64,000 nt of DNA from Trichoplax adhaerens (Eukaryota > Animalia > Placozoa): positions 3,743,172 to 3,807,171 of the forward strand of contig NW_002060945.1 of assembly GCF_000150275.1 (NCBI RefSeq), written 5' to 3'. The notes beneath the pieces are model-generated. The model ran no database searches. It saw only the letters and a program-made list of their open reading frames with translations, and had not been told where the DNA came from. Of this stretch, positions 62,022-64,000 are shown piece after piece (position 1 is the first letter of the stretch; each line of letters starts with the position of its first letter). A program made the translations under genes and the position numbers.

Positions 62022-64000
62022 TTACGCATCACCAAGACTACAGTTGTTTACAACATCCTTTGCTTTGGCTTTTACTAATTCACTGTCATTTTCACGAAGG
62101 CAATGAATAGCTTCTTCTACCCCGGCCAATTTCAAATTGGAATGATGTGGTTCAACTTTCCATAACATTTCAATCAAAGATAGCAAATTGCAACGTACTT
62201 CAGCTATTACATTGCTGTCTTGAACAACTTTCACAACTTCTTTGACAATACCAGCTTCATGTAAGCTCTGATGAAGGCATTCTATGAGTATTAATAAGTC
62301 CATGATTAAGATAATTAAAGCGCTAACAAAAGCACTCGTATACTTATATTAGGACTTGCAATGCTAAGTATACGTAAGAGTAACGTATGAATTTCCTTAA
62401 GCGAAATTTTCAGATGTTATATCGAACGGTAACAAATCGTAAATTATAAAATGCGGCATTATAATTATTGTGATTACAAGCCTACGTCACTTTTTCTGCT
62501 TTTATACGATAAATTCACAGATTAACATATTGGCAATTCTCAATCTTAGCTACCGTGTTGATATGAATATGAGCATGTACATTGTACATAACGTACGTAA
62601 TTGTAGTATTTTAGTACTTACCGTCAGCCACAGCTGACGTGATCAACAAAGCTACAGCACCCTCATTCTGTAACTGTGTATGCTGGTTATGCAACATAGA
62701 AATTATGTGGTCTATTCCTCCTATTGCAGCAATGTTTGTTATAATATTCTTGTTTTGTGTTTCTTTGATGATACAGGCCAGCAAACGTAAAGCTTCGCTT
62801 GATACACCTTCGTGTTCTAATACATTGCAAAGCTCGACAATACGAGTGAGAATTTCCGTACTAGATCCCAATTGATTGGCGACGGTATCTGCGCAATATA
62901 CAAATGATTTACATCACATAACTACAAATGTGTCGGAGTCACAAAACCAGGTAGAAACTAGAAAGTGTTAAAATACTTCTTCGCTAGTTTTAATTAAAAA
63001 GTAAACTATATAAAGAATTATAACTAAAGCTTATATTACATACCATTCCCAGTAGCTAGTAATCTCAGAATACTTAGCGATTTATAGATTGTGGGGGAGA
63101 ATAGAGAGGACAATAACGATGATATCGAGTTGATTGAACCTTCGTTGATTAGTTTTGGTCTAACCGATGAGCAAATTGATAGATTTTTTATTGCGCTTAA
63201 GGCAGCAATCGCCAGTTTAGAATTTCTATCTGTATCTTCTATTGGTTTTACAGATTCCAGTAAATTAGGGATAATCTCGAAGTCTGTTAATTTTTTACAA
63301 TTTGAATCTAGATGAAGGAGACGTAATATGATAGATAATGCAATCATAAGTATATCGATGCAGTATTATAATGAAACTGGTAGTAATAATCTGTCAAATT
63401 CTGAGATTTCGCATTACCTGAACGAGCAATATTTCCAATTCCAAGGCAAGCGGCGGCTTTCAGATTTACCCTCTTATCTCTTAGCCATCCTAGTAGAATT
63501 GGTACAATTTTGCCTGTTCCATTATTAAACATAATTTTCATGCTGTAGTTGCCGCCTAGTAAGTGAACTATAATGGCCACTACATTATCAATTGTTTCTT
63601 CATCTGTATCATCATCATTAACAATCTGTTCTATTTTCGAAATCATATTGTTAATACGCTCATCTTCTGAGATCTGCCTCTGAAAGTCGTCTGTAATCAA
63701 TTGAAAACTTAAATAAGTAAAAAATTTTTCAGATGCATTTACGTATATTCTTGCTAACATGAAGATCATAATATCTGATTTCAGTTGGAGCATGAAGCGA
63801 AACGATGAACTTTATACTAATTAATGTATTATCATTACTATCTATTAGCAATGGCTATTTTACATACCGTCTTCAATGAGTTCCATAATTGTTTCGATTA
63901 CTGATTCTTGAATAGCGTGATATTGATAGTCGCATAATAGAAACAGTAATAAATTTCCGGCATTATGTGCTATCATTTCTTTAATGCCTAGGTAACAAAA
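62022..64000 (-). CDS. RAP1GDS1: RAP1 GTP-GDP dissociation stimulator (SmgGDS), ARM repeats; 5' part lies outside the window
   Basis: LGIGNIARS-DSNC, ALSAIKNLSI, HEGVSSEALRLL and GGIDHIISMLHNQHTQLQNEGAVAL match remembered SmgGDS blocks (IANFARNDANC, ALSALRNLAI, HAGVMGESNRLL, GGIKHLVTMATSEHVIMQNEALVAL). Confidence 0.88.

Overview
AT-rich animal genomic DNA with many short (about 65-130 nt) GT-AG introns. The style suggests a placozoan such as Trichoplax, which is an inference. Seven multi-exon genes can be spliced together by eye: a CCDC14-like coiled-coil gene (-), a CD63-like tetraspanin (+), villin with headpiece (+), a neurobeachin-like BEACH/WD40 gene (-), two tandem ABCB1/P-glycoprotein-like transporters (-, the second interrupted by a 50-N gap) and the 3' part of RAP1GDS1/SmgGDS (-). 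Four observations stand out. (1) The two ABCB paralogs are almost identical, introns included, except in patches encoding TM10-TM12 pocket residues, which looks like gene conversion that spares the specificity determinants. (2) Mixed-orientation TA-CAG-TA/TA-CTG-TA arrays cluster at promoters and first introns and match the Sleeping Beauty-type excision footprint. (3) A TA-flanked CAGT...ACTG MITE lies between the ABCB copies. (4) Three identical CArG/SRE boxes sit in an ABCB intron. Exon coordinates were read manually, and homology calls rest on remembered motifs rather than database searches.
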